From positions 5,881-39,350 of the forward strand of contig JAWBTQ010000007.1 in assembly GCA_038841535.1 (NCBI GenBank): a DNA stretch of 33,470 bases, read 5' to 3'. This DNA is from Sulfolobales archaeon (lineage in GTDB: Archaea > Thermoproteota > Thermoprotei_A > Sulfolobales > NBVN01). Below, in pieces: positions 17,035-26,322 of this stretch (positions are counted from its first letter, which is position 1; every line of letters begins with the position of its first letter). The notes beneath the pieces were generated by a model, which was given only the letters and a program-made list of their open reading frames with translations, made no database searches and was not told where the DNA came from. The position numbers and the translations under genes were made by a program.

Positions 17035-17136
17035 GCCGGGGTGGCCGAGCGGCCTAAGGCGGTGGGCTCGAGTTCCGGCAGTGCGTGAGACCCACTGGGG
17101 TTCCACCCCACGCGGGTTCGAATCCCGCCCCCGGCG
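17035..17136 (+). tRNA. tRNA-Ser (CGA) with a 17-nt intron at position 37/38 (17073-17089)
   Basis: Acceptor GCCGGGG/CCCCGGC plus G; anticodon stem GTGGG/CCCAC; loop CT-CGA-G[intron]A; long variable arm TGGGG-TTCCA-CCCCA; T arm GCGGG-TTCGAAT-CCCGC. Confidence 0.93.
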
Positions 17137-17379
17137 CTTTTATCAATCTAGAGTTGTATTGTACTGACTATAGGTTTCTTCTTAACACCTCTGAGCTTAT
17201 GAGGCTTCTTAAAGCCACAGTTGATCTAGCATGTGCCTGAAATAGCTACGAATTTGCTTTACTAGCTAATAGAGTATAGCTCACGAAGCTAAGGTACTAG
17301 TTCCGATAGGTTCACGAGTCCTATGCTCGAAAAAGAGATATCTGAGTTTAATATGTAATGCGCAAAGACCTGTACTAAT

Positions 17380-18210
17380 TCATAGAGTAATCTTCGATGC
17401 TACTATCTCTATTAAACTATTCCCAGTCTTTAGTGCTATGTCTATAGCCTGCGTTATCTCGGATTCCGTCAGTCCACCGATACCTGATTTTTGAAGACCA
17501 GCAATTCTTTTATCATCGGATACAGCTATTACTAACTTGGTTTCAGCCACACTCTCCTCATCGAGGTCGGGGTCGACAAACAGAACGTTTTCAGCTTTAG
17601 CTACCGTTACCGTAACGACTTTGTTACCTATAGGAAGAGGCGATAGCCTGGTGCTCCTATCTATCTTTACGTTTCCGGGTTCCTCTACTTCAACTCTAGG
17701 TAGAGACGTGTTCATCAAAGCAGCAAGAGTAGCTATAGATGAAGCATCTACGAGGTTTCCATCATGATCTAGTACGTATATGTCTACATAGACTACCCAG
17801 ACCTTTTTACCCGGAATTATTGATAGTTTGCTCATATCTATCGCCTTTAGCTCTCTTAGCGACCTATCTATGATCCTCGCTAGTTCAATAGCGTTCTCGT
17901 CCGGGGGTCCCGGCTCGAAAGTGGGTGACGCTGTCGGCATGAACTCGGCGTTTACTACTAGGGCTCCCTCATTAGGAGTGTCATGGTACGGAGTCCCAAT
18001 TTCTAGCTTAACTCCTGCTACAACCACGGTGTTACCAAGTCTAACTAGAGCCGACCCATCCGCATTGCGTACGTAGCCCGGGACTATCTCTATCTGTCTG
18101 TACTCCATCAAGCCTCTTCCAGAGCTTCTTATGCCTTTCTTAAGCATGCTCACTATAGTGCTTGCTCTGAGCTTCGGTGTTATAATTCCGGGAGATGGAG
18201 TGTGGGACAT
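17380..18210 (-). CDS. rrp42: Exosome complex component Rrp42
   Basis: ADGSALVRLGNT, FEPGPPDENAIELARIIDRSLR and LDHDGNLVDA; operon context. Confidence 0.96.
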   Translation of the reverse strand: MSHTPSPGIITPKLRASTIVSMLKKGIRSSGRGLMEYRQIEIVPGYVRNADGSALVRLGNTVVVAGVKLEIGTPYHDTPNEGALVVNAEFMPTASPTFEPGPPDENAIELARIIDRSLRELKAIDMSKLSIIPGKKVWVVYVDIYVLDHDGNLVDASSIATLAALMNTSLPRVEVEEPGNVKIDRSTRLSPLPIGNKVVTVTVAKAENVLFVDPDLDEESVAETKLVIAVSDDKRIAGLQKSGIGGLTESEITQAIDIALKTGNSLIEIVASKITL

Positions 18211-18935
18211 TACTCTTCTACCCTCGCTTTCATATACCTATCTCTGAGAGCTTCTCTCGCTTTCTCGTAGACCTGGTTAGCTCCAACGAAAGCTAGCCTT
18301 AAGGCCTCACTGAACTCCTCTTTAGTCAGTACCCCATTAAGCTGAAGAAGAGTGACTAAGCCTAGTGACGGGGCTATGGCTACTGGCATATCAGCTTGCC
18401 CGAACATATCTTCTGCTTCATCTATGTCCAATACTAATACTCCCTCGACCTTACCTACCGCGACTCCGACCACCATATCTTTCATGGGTATTCCGGCATC
18501 AGCTATAGCTAGAGACGCCGCCGTTACTGCTGCGGTTCTGGTACCTCCATCCGCGTTTATTATCTCGATGAAGACATCGATGGCCGTTCTAGGAAAAGTC
18601 TCTGACATGACTACTGGTTCTAGAGCCTCTCTTATAACCTTAGATAGCTCTATCTCCCTTCTAGTAGGTACAGGTGATTTCCTCTCATGCGTCGAGAATG
18701 ACAGCATGTGGTAGCGACATCTAATTATCGCCCTATCTGGAAGTAGCAAGTGTCTCTGAGGTATTTCCCTAGGTCCATGAACTGCTGCCAGGACCTTAGT
18801 CTCACCATACTCTACTAAGGCGGAACCAGACGCCTTATTCAGTATGCCTACGGACATCCTAATAGGTCTAAGCTCATCTGGTCTACGCCCGTCGTGTCTC
18901 AGACCGTTTTCTCTAATTAGTTTTGGCTTCTCCAC
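18210..18935 (-). CDS. rrp41: Exosome complex exonuclease Rrp41
   Basis: [33 protein letters not shown] and catalytic [10 protein letters not shown]. Confidence 0.97.
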   Translation of the reverse strand: MEKPKLIRENGLRHDGRRPDELRPIRMSVGILNKASGSALVEYGETKVLAAVHGPREIPQRHLLLPDRAIIRCRYHMLSFSTHERKSPVPTRREIELSKVIREALEPVVMSETFPRTAIDVFIEIINADGGTRTAAVTAASLAIADAGIPMKDMVVGVAVGKVEGVLVLDIDEAEDMFGQADMPVAIAPSLGLVTLLQLNGVLTKEEFSEALRLAFVGANQVYEKAREALRDRYMKARVEE

Positions 18936-19647
18936 CTATCAAACCCCTCCTAACTTTCTCTCGTATAATAAACTCTCTAACTCTATCCGTTAACCCGGGT
19001 ATGTGTGCTTCACGGTCTATCTTGATTATCGCCATTACTAGTATATCCTCTAGCTCCTTATTCGGGCAGTTTATGAGTATTCTACCGTTTCTAGCCACTA
19101 CAACCTCGCATCCCGTCTCCCCCTCCAAGATCTGGTGCATTGAACCCTTACGACCAATAACTCTCGCAACTTTCACTGGGCTTATCTCGACCACCGTCCC
19201 GCGAACGACTTTACCAAGACCCTTACCTTTTGTTGTCACTATCGGCCCTCGGTTCCTATCGAATACCTCTACCTTAGCTAAGATAGTGTCACCGGTAGTT
19301 AAGTACCTATTCAGGTCTTCCTTAGCTGGGTTTACTGGTCTCCCCAGAAAGTCTACGGCATAGAGAGTAGCCGTGAAGGGTGCTCTAATGTCCAGCTCCC
19401 ACGACGTAAGACCGACATCAGCAACATAACCGACTACTAAGTCCTCAGGTTGCGGGATGTAGCAGCCCTCTAGAGGTATTATGCTGATCTCCTTGGATTC
19501 ATCGTTAACTTGCGCTAGCCCAACAACAGTCGCTACGTACTTTTTATCTAATTTAATCACGTAGCTGGGAGTTAGTACTCTGTACTCTCCCTCAGCAAAC
19601 GCCTCTCCGGGGACTACGAGGGTTCTCTGCGCTTCTTGGGACTCCAT
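18913..19647 (-). CDS. rrp4: Exosome complex RNA-binding protein Rrp4
   Basis: VVPGE, S1 domain ([11 protein letters not shown]), KH domain (RVIGRKGSM) and [11 protein letters not shown]. Confidence 0.95.
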   Translation of the reverse strand: MESQEAQRTLVVPGEAFAEGEYRVLTPSYVIKLDKKYVATVVGLAQVNDESKEISIIPLEGCYIPQPEDLVVGYVADVGLTSWELDIRAPFTATLYAVDFLGRPVNPAKEDLNRYLTTGDTILAKVEVFDRNRGPIVTTKGKGLGKVVRGTVVEISPVKVARVIGRKGSMHQILEGETGCEVVVARNGRILINCPNKELEDILVMAIIKIDREAHIPGLTDRVREFIIREKVRRGLIGGEAKTN

Positions 19648-20345
19648 TAGAACACCTCGATCTTAACTTCCGACCGACCCCTAGTGATCTTATTTATCTT
19701 ATCTATGACTTCGTGTTGGAGGCCGGCAGGAACTTCGAACTCCAGCTTATAGCTACCGTCCTTTCCCCACTCCTCTGCTTTAACTTCTCCCAACCTCCTC
19801 AAGTCTTGAACAACCTTTGCTGCTGTATCTGAAGATACCTTAATGCTGAACCTAGCCTTAGCTATCTTAATAGGTAAGATCCTCGAGATAGCCTTAACTA
19901 TAGCTGCGGCCTGCTCCTCCACACTCCTGTAGAGATCTACGGACACTTTTGCTTCCTCCATAGCTTTCTCTATTCTTTGAGGTGGTATTGGAGTCTTAGT
20001 CTTAGGGTCTACAGCAGACCTAGCTATGTAGTTCACTATCTGCTTTCTCTTGTTTTCAAGCATTCTCCTTCTTTGCTCCGTAGTTAGCTGTAGCTCCCCT
20101 CTTCTGATTATAGTGTCTGCTATCACCTTGACATCCTCGGTACCAAAAACCTTAACTAGCTCCTCTGGGGAGGCTTTATCACCTTTTCGAGCATCCTTAT
20201 AGATGTAGTCTCCCTTTAAGACTTCGTCAAGGTCTAGATTTATACCCCCCCGATACTCTAAGGCTTTATCTGGGTCAACGAGAATCTCGAATTTGTGACC
20301 TTTAAACTCGTACCGCGCTATAACATATTCCCTACTTTTACTCAT
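19647..20345 (-). CDS. Ribosome maturation factor SBDS/SDO1
   Basis: [32 protein letters not shown] and [14 protein letters not shown]. Confidence 0.96.
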   Translation of the reverse strand: MSKSREYVIARYEFKGHKFEILVDPDKALEYRGGINLDLDEVLKGDYIYKDARKGDKASPEELVKVFGTEDVKVIADTIIRRGELQLTTEQRRRMLENKRKQIVNYIARSAVDPKTKTPIPPQRIEKAMEEAKVSVDLYRSVEEQAAAIVKAISRILPIKIAKARFSIKVSSDTAAKVVQDLRRLGEVKAEEWGKDGSYKLEFEVPAGLQHEVIDKINKITRGRSEVKIEVF

Positions 20346-21073
20346 CTATCTACACCGGCCTCCGAGATAGCGGACTGTATCTCCTCAAGCGCTAGCTTCT
20401 TGAATACAGCTTCTTTTAGGTCTACATAGCCTATCTCGACATAGTAGGGATCTAGTGGACCCTCACTACTAGCCCTCAAGGCACGGAGTGCTAGTGCTAT
20501 CTGCTCCTTTATGTCCATCCTCTCATCGTAGTTCTTTTCAAGATACTGAGTCGCAACTTGCTCACCCATCCCTACAGCGAGAGCCTGGTACCCGAAGTAG
20601 TAGCCGTTTATCTCTGTTCTAAAAAGCCTAACACCCCTCCTATCGGTACCTAGAAATATTAGAGAAACTCCGAAGGGTCTAACACCAGCATGCTGTGTGT
20701 ACAGCTGCTTTATGTCGCAAACGTATCTCGTCAGTAGCTCTACGTCTATTTGCTCGTCATATATAAACCTGTAGTTCATGGCTACCTGTCTAGCATAATC
20801 TATGAGGACTCTCCCATCAGCTGCTAAACCAGCAAAAGAGGCTCCGATGTGCGTATCTATTATGTATACCTTCTCGACAGACTTCATGTCTATCAAGGGA
20901 GCTATCTTTCTCTTCTCAGCTACTATAACACCGCCCTTGCTCGTTTTCATAGCTATAGTTGTCCACCCCTTCCTGATGTTCTCAGATGCGTACTCTACCT
21001 GATACAGCTTTCCATCAGGTGAAAACACCGTAATAGCTCTATCGTATCCTAAAGCCGGTGGTCCGAATGCCAT
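20342..21073 (-). CDS. psmA: Proteasome alpha subunit
   Basis: [30 protein letters not shown] and [13 protein letters not shown]. Confidence 0.97.
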   Translation of the reverse strand: MAFGPPALGYDRAITVFSPDGKLYQVEYASENIRKGWTTIAMKTSKGGVIVAEKRKIAPLIDMKSVEKVYIIDTHIGASFAGLAADGRVLIDYARQVAMNYRFIYDEQIDVELLTRYVCDIKQLYTQHAGVRPFGVSLIFLGTDRRGVRLFRTEINGYYFGYQALAVGMGEQVATQYLEKNYDERMDIKEQIALALRALRASSEGPLDPYYVEIGYVDLKEAVFKKLALEEIQSAISEAGVDR

Positions 21074-21243
21074 TCTCCACTACACCTAGTACACATATAC
21101 TCGCACCATAAAATAAGTTGATTCTCCAGCAACACTAAACAGACTGTGGAGAGCACGTCTCATTCCTCAATGCTTCTGATGGGTTCTTAGGGGAGATAAG
21201 ACTGCTTTGTCTAAATATAGAGTGGAAGGATAGTGAGCTTAGT

Positions 21244-21960
21244 CTACGATATACCTAAGTACAGCTTTGAGAACTCTCGGTGACTTAGTAAGTCTTGAGG
21301 ATTGCCTTCATATCTAATGGTTCCACTAACCAAGAGGTATGCTTTATCTGCGATCTGAAGTGCTCTAATAGCGTGCTGCTCTACTAGGATAACAGAGATC
21401 TTCAACTCATCTCTGAGCTCAACAACTTTCTCAAGTACTTTCTTGACGTAGATAGGAGCTAGATCCGTTGTAACTTCATCTAACAACATTACCCTAGGCT
21501 TTTTCATTAATCCCATTCCTATTGCTAACATTCTTCTCTCTCCACCACTTAGAGTTCCCGCTCTCCTAGCTCTGAAGTTCTTTAGCACTGGGAACATGCT
21601 GAAGACTAGCTCTAGTCTATCTAGTAGCTCCTTGTAGTCGAGCATGTATCCAGCTACTCTTAAGTTCTCCTCGACTGTGAGATTAGAAAAGACGTTCCCC
21701 ATTTGCGGTACATACGATAAGCCTAGTCTCGAAACTCTATGCGGTGGCAGACCAGTTACATCGAGGTCCTGGAAGTATATCTTTCCACCATGTATCGTCG
21801 CTAGCCCAGTAATGCTGTTGAGTAGAGTAGTCTTACCAGCTCCGTTAGGTCCAACTACAACAGTTATCTGTCCAGACTCGGCCTCCATGTTTATGTTAAA
21901 GAGCACCTTAAGCTTTCCGTAACCTGAAGTTAGTTCACGTAGTTTAATCATTTTACCCAC
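21244..21960 (-). CDS. livF: Branched-chain amino acid-type ABC transporter ATPase (LivF-like)
   Basis: GPNGAGKTT, LSGGERRMLA, LLDE and LVEQH. Confidence 0.9.
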   Translation of the reverse strand: MGKMIKLRELTSGYGKLKVLFNINMEAESGQITVVVGPNGAGKTTLLNSITGLATIHGGKIYFQDLDVTGLPPHRVSRLGLSYVPQMGNVFSNLTVEENLRVAGYMLDYKELLDRLELVFSMFPVLKNFRARRAGTLSGGERRMLAIGMGLMKKPRVMLLDEVTTDLAPIYVKKVLEKVVELRDELKISVILVEQHAIRALQIADKAYLLVSGTIRYEGNPQDLLSHREFSKLYLGIS

Positions 21961-22729
21961 CTATGTATACTTCGATGACCTTAGGGTCACTAGCTACTTC
22001 ATCTGGAGTTCCCTCCGATATAACTGCTCCTCGGTCCATCACGTATACGTAGTCTGCGAATGGTAGCGCTATGTCTATCCTGTGCTCTATTACGAGAAAG
22101 CTTATGTCTGTAGACCTGGCTAGGCTTTGGATATGTTTAAAGATCTCGTGAGCATACGCTGGGTCAGTACCTCCTATTGGTTCATCAAGAGCCACTAGCT
22201 TAGCACCAGCAGCCAGAGCCCTAGCTACTTCGAGCATCTTTAATTGACCGGCCCCCAATCTATAGGCCTCGCAGTCCCAGTAGTCATCTAGACCCACTCT
22301 TCTTAAAATCTCAAAGGCCTTCCGTACTCTCTCCTCCTCCTCCCTAACCCACAGCTGCCTGAGTGGAGCTATTACTGGGTTCTCGCCCTTACCTCCTAAG
22401 GCCACAAGTATGTTCTCGAGAACTGTTAGAGCGAGAAAGGGTTGAGGTATTTGAAAAGTTCTAACAAATCCCGATTTGTAGACTTTGTGAGGTGGCCAGC
22501 CAGTTATATCTAGCTTTTTTCTCTCATCGTTTGCTGGATTAAATATCACCTTACCTTCATCTGGCTTTAAAACCCCCGTACACACGTTTACGAAAGTAGT
22601 TTTACCGGCGCCGTTAGGTCCTATGAGCATCGTTACGCTGTTTCTCTTTACTTTGATGTCTACACGGTTGACAGCAACTAATCCACCAAACCTCTTTACT
22701 AGACCGAATGTTTCGAGTATGTAAGACAT
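21953..22729 (-). CDS. livG: Branched-chain amino acid-type ABC transporter ATPase (LivG-like)
   Basis: KRFGGLVAV, GPNGAGKTT, RTFQ, LDEP, IEH and DPKVIEVYIG. Confidence 0.9.
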   Translation of the reverse strand: MSYILETFGLVKRFGGLVAVNRVDIKVKRNSVTMLIGPNGAGKTTFVNVCTGVLKPDEGKVIFNPANDERKKLDITGWPPHKVYKSGFVRTFQIPQPFLALTVLENILVALGGKGENPVIAPLRQLWVREEEERVRKAFEILRRVGLDDYWDCEAYRLGAGQLKMLEVARALAAGAKLVALDEPIGGTDPAYAHEIFKHIQSLARSTDISFLVIEHRIDIALPFADYVYVMDRGAVISEGTPDEVASDPKVIEVYIGG

Positions 22730-22786
22730 ATTACCACTCCACAGCCACAGATAGGAGAACTTAGTGAATTAAAAAGGTGTATTTAT

Positions 22787-24130
22787 CTAAGAGGTGTACC
22801 ACTCAATAGTTTCTGTTAGACCCTTGTAGATCCCAACGATTTTCCACTCGTAAACCGCATCAACTTTAACTATAGCCCATATATCGTAGTCACCGACAGA
22901 TCTATCTCCGTTTTCGTCTAACACTATGTATCCAGAAGCACCTAAGTATCTCTCTAAAACCATGGGTAAAATCCTCATAACCTCCACTGGGTCATAAGAA
23001 TTAACTATGTCAAGAGCTAGTGCTACAGACCACGCAATATCGTATACGAAGTACGTGTAACCCATGGGTTCCATACCTAGCTTAGACCTCACCGCACTCC
23101 GTATCTTCTCACCGTGAGGTGAGACTCCCGGAGAGGTCATAGTATTGTAGAATCCGACCTTTATGACCATATCAGCGATAGCAGGATCCCGTAGTGGCTC
23201 TATAGCAGCTGTTCCATCCGAACCCATCCACTTGACCTCCCACAGTATTGAGTAGGCCTTTGCGGCAGCAAATACAGCAGCAGCTTCCTCGAAGCTTATG
23301 AGTAGTATACCGACCTTATCCTTACCGTAAGTAGCTACAGCTCTACTAATAGCTTCGTTGAGTCTCGCTGCCTCTGCTGAGAACTCTGTAGCCCTAGGGT
23401 CGTACCTTATCGCATAATCCTCCAGGACACCACAACTTTCTCCACTAGCCTTACATATCTCCTTGAAGTAATCTAGGGTGTACCTGGCTAAACCATCTCC
23501 CCAGGTATCACCCCTCCATACGGGTATAACCCACCTTATCCCTCGCAACCACATTATCTTAGCTATAGCTTTACCTTGATAGATGTCGTTTAGGGTGTAC
23601 CTCAGCGCCATATCCTTTAGAGCAAGAGCTGGAGACGTAGAAGACGGTGAGATTATCAGTATTTTGTTTGCGTTACAGTATCCGAGGGCTTCAGATAGTT
23701 CAGCACTAGACGTACCACCTATGAATATCTTTATACCAGCTCCATGAAGAGCCATAAGTTTGTCAAGGTGTGTCTTAGGGTCTGTAGCCGTGTCCTCGAT
23801 TACGAACTTTATCCTCCACGGTCTCCCAAGGCTGGCTAAGTAATCGTTAATTTCTTTTTCCGCTAACTCTAAAACCACTCTATACTGAGCTCCGAACGTT
23901 GATAACACACCAGTGAGAGGTATTAGCGTGCCGATCTTGACCTCACCAGTGAGACCGATTGGCGCTACCGGAGCTGTGACTGTTACCGTAGTAGGAGGTG
24001 CTATACCCGGAGCTGTAACGGTGACTGTTGCTACTGGGGCGGTTCCCTGACCAACGAAGAACCCGACTATTACTCCAAGGATCAGCAGTACTATCGATAT
24101 AGCATATGGTAATTTCCCAGGAACTGGCAT
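22787..24130 (-). CDS. ABC transporter substrate-binding protein (LivK/PBP1 type), membrane-anchored
   Basis: Likely start is ATG at 24130 (MPVPGK), not 24163. N-terminal TM helix, Thr/Pro-rich linker, then KIGTLIPLTG, EDT, ISPSSTSPAL and LDENGDR. Confidence 0.88.
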   Translation of the reverse strand: MPVPGKLPYAISIVLLILGVIVGFFVGQGTAPVATVTVTAPGIAPPTTVTVTAPVAPIGLTGEVKIGTLIPLTGVLSTFGAQYRVVLELAEKEINDYLASLGRPWRIKFVIEDTATDPKTHLDKLMALHGAGIKIFIGGTSSAELSEALGYCNANKILIISPSSTSPALALKDMALRYTLNDIYQGKAIAKIMWLRGIRWVIPVWRGDTWGDGLARYTLDYFKEICKASGESCGVLEDYAIRYDPRATEFSAEAARLNEAISRAVATYGKDKVGILLISFEEAAAVFAAAKAYSILWEVKWMGSDGTAAIEPLRDPAIADMVIKVGFYNTMTSPGVSPHGEKIRSAVRSKLGMEPMGYTYFVYDIAWSVALALDIVNSYDPVEVMRILPMVLERYLGASGYIVLDENGDRSVGDYDIWAIVKVDAVYEWKIVGIYKGLTETIEWYTS

Positions 24131-24161
24131 AGCTCTTACCGCGTGTTTATATGTGCTAAAC

Positions 24162-24182
24162 AAATATTTAAAGCTTAAATTT
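24162..24182. promoter_or_regulatory. Putative bidirectional TATA region between the binding-protein gene and livH
   Basis: AAATATTTAAAGCTTAAATTT is a near-palindrome; TTTAAA (24167-24172) lies roughly 30-40 nt from both divergent starts. Confidence 0.45.
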
Positions 24183-24199
24183 CAGCTCCCTGTAAGTAT

Positions 24200-25123
24200 T
24201 TGGTGAATAATCTGCTAGACTTACTGATAAAAGCTATTGCGTACTCTAGCTGTATTGGGATTGGGGCAGCATCTATTACACTAATATACAACGCTACGAA
24301 AACCTTCAACTTTGCGCACGCTTCTCTAGTAGGTTGGGGTATGTACATAGTTTTCGCTCTTACATGCCTCATAGGGTATACTCCCTACCATCACCTGCTA
24401 TCGGCTGCTCTTTTCTGCGGCCTCCTGGGCGGCATCATATACTTATCAGTAAATAGGAGGCTACTTAAGGCTAAAGCGAAGGAGGTAACGTTGATGATGT
24501 CAACACTTGGTGTCGACCTCATACTATTTGGCTTCCTAAACGTTTTCTCAGACTACTTGCTTAGAGTCCATAGATTACCTGCGAAGTACTTCATTTTCGA
24601 GACGAGAGATATAGCCGTAAGCCTCGGGCCGACCTCGATAAGGCTAGTCGGGTTGGTAGCTCCACTAGTCCTAGTTCTAGTAGTAGTAATACTTCACCTG
24701 TTTCTTACGAAGACTAAGCTCGGGATATCCATGAGAGCCGCTATTGAGAACCCAGAACTTGCCAGCCTCAGCGGTATCAACCCGGAGCTCACGTACGCTA
24801 TTGCTTGGCTGATAGGGGGGGCTTTGGCAGGTCTTAGTGGGGGACTACTTACTCTTGTCGTTACCGGATATACTGCGGCCGGGATGACTATGGTGGTCTC
24901 GTTTTTCGCTGGCTCTATAGTAGGAGGTCTGTATTCTATCTACGGAGCTCTTCTTGGAGGATTCTTAGTTGGTGTCGGGGAGTACCTAGGTGTGTCAGTT
25001 ATTGCTACAGGAGTAGGTGGGTGGATCTACGCATATAGACCAGCAATACCGCTCTTAGTTATGGCAATAACACTGTTAGTACAGCCGAGAGGTCTAGCTA
25101 TCCTCTGGGGTGGTAGGAGATGA
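24200..25123 (+). CDS. livH: Branched-chain amino acid ABC permease (LivH-like)
   Basis: FNFAH, TKLGISMRAAIENPELASLSGIN, IVGG and QPRGL. Confidence 0.9.
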   Translation: MVNNLLDLLIKAIAYSSCIGIGAASITLIYNATKTFNFAHASLVGWGMYIVFALTCLIGYTPYHHLLSAALFCGLLGGIIYLSVNRRLLKAKAKEVTLMMSTLGVDLILFGFLNVFSDYLLRVHRLPAKYFIFETRDIAVSLGPTSIRLVGLVAPLVLVLVVVILHLFLTKTKLGISMRAAIENPELASLSGINPELTYAIAWLIGGALAGLSGGLLTLVVTGYTAAGMTMVVSFFAGSIVGGLYSIYGALLGGFLVGVGEYLGVSVIATGVGGWIYAYRPAIPLLVMAITLLVQPRGLAILWGGRR

Positions 25124-26184
25124 TCGAGCTACCTCCTACGGTTTTACAAATAATCTTAAACTTCTCTATAGGTCTAATCGTTACCGTTAGTTTGAACATC
25201 GAAGTCGGTTTTCTAAACCTTCCGCAATTCGGGAGATTGCTGGCTGTACTAACGGGGGCAATAGTAGCGGCCGCAGTACCAGGAAGAATATTGGCTGCGT
25301 ACATGGGGCTACCTTGGGGTGCCGACTACGCTTACCACTTGTATAACTTCGGAATAGTGGCTCAGATCAACAACATGTTGTGCGAGAACCCCGGACTCTC
25401 TCTAGGGACCCTGGTTTTCACACTCATACTGGCAGCTTTAATAGGAGGTGCCGTAGGTTACTTGTGTGCTTACCCAGCTCTAAGGTTGAAAGAGGCGTAC
25501 CTAGGGATAACTCTACTGGCTTTCGGAGAGCTCTTAATGACTATAGCGTGGAACTACGACCCACTCGTTGGGGGAACTATGGGAGTTTGGGTTGTAGACC
25601 CGTTTAGATTCGTTGGAGCAGGTGGAACAAGGTTCACGTTTGCTGCGCTATTCATGTTCATGGTAGCTATAGTAGTTTACGTGTATGCCGAGCTACTAGC
25701 TAGATCTCCTTTCGGCAGGGTTCTAAAGGCTGTTAGAGATGCTGAAGTAGCAGCTAGCGTATACGGCAAAGACATAGAAAAGATCAGAACACAGACCTTG
25801 ATAATAGGTGGCTCCATAGCTGCTGTAGCTGGCGCCCTGTGGGCGTTCTTCACTGGTAGTATGAAGGCGGCAACCTATACTAGGTTGACCTGGACTTTCT
25901 GGCCGTGGGCGTTTATGATGCTGGGGGGCGTCGGGAACAATCTCGGGATACTCGTGGGAGTTTTTCTGTACACGATCTCGAGGACAGCGATAATTCTCTA
26001 TAAGGGAAGCATCAGCGCTATCATACCTATAGACCCTGAGTGGCTCGAGTACATAATGATCGGGCTGGTAATAGTGGCAGTAGTGCTCTTCAGGCCTCAG
26101 GGAATAATCCCCGAGAAGCCGACTTTAGCTCTGCCAAAGCAGAGGCTTAAAGCAGTTCTAGAAGAGTTAGACAAAGAGAAATAG
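25120..26184 (+). CDS. livM: Branched-chain amino acid ABC permease (LivM-like)
   Basis: PALRLKEAYLGITLLAFGE, SPFGRVLKAVRD, LGGVGN and FRPQGI. Confidence 0.9.
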   Translation: MIELPPTVLQIILNFSIGLIVTVSLNIEVGFLNLPQFGRLLAVLTGAIVAAAVPGRILAAYMGLPWGADYAYHLYNFGIVAQINNMLCENPGLSLGTLVFTLILAALIGGAVGYLCAYPALRLKEAYLGITLLAFGELLMTIAWNYDPLVGGTMGVWVVDPFRFVGAGGTRFTFAALFMFMVAIVVYVYAELLARSPFGRVLKAVRDAEVAASVYGKDIEKIRTQTLIIGGSIAAVAGALWAFFTGSMKAATYTRLTWTFWPWAFMMLGGVGNNLGILVGVFLYTISRTAIILYKGSISAIIPIDPEWLEYIMIGLVIVAVVLFRPQGIIPEKPTLALPKQRLKAVLEELDKEK

Positions 26185-26212
26185 TGTAGCGAGCGAATCC
26201 TCTAGCAACCTC

Positions 26213-26238
26213 AAGCAAGGTCTGTCACTGCCTTGCTT
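26213..26238. terminator. Intergenic hairpin downstream of livM (possible terminator or operator)
   Basis: AAGCAAGG-N10-CCTTGCTT perfect 8-bp stem followed by a pyrimidine-rich stretch. Confidence 0.35.
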
Positions 26239-26322
26239 CTCTAATACCAGCTATTTACATACGTACGTAGTTTCACTTCAACCTTTATTTTCCATAGCCT
26301 TCATTTTAAATCTAGATAAAGA

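Noticed and set aside
3059-17136. Integrated element at either tRNA
   Set aside because: No integrase, no duplicated tRNA 3' end noticed, and the flanking genes are housekeeping.
17198-17242. Possible C/D-box sRNA (TTATGA...GTTGA...CTGA) downstream of tRNA-Ser
   Set aside because: The C and D' boxes are poor and no rRNA/tRNA target was recognised.
26239-26248. 10-nt match CTCTAATACC to the putative guide flank (8609-8618), upstream of the MATE gene
   Set aside because: Too short to distinguish from chance, and the guide boundary and TAM are unknown.
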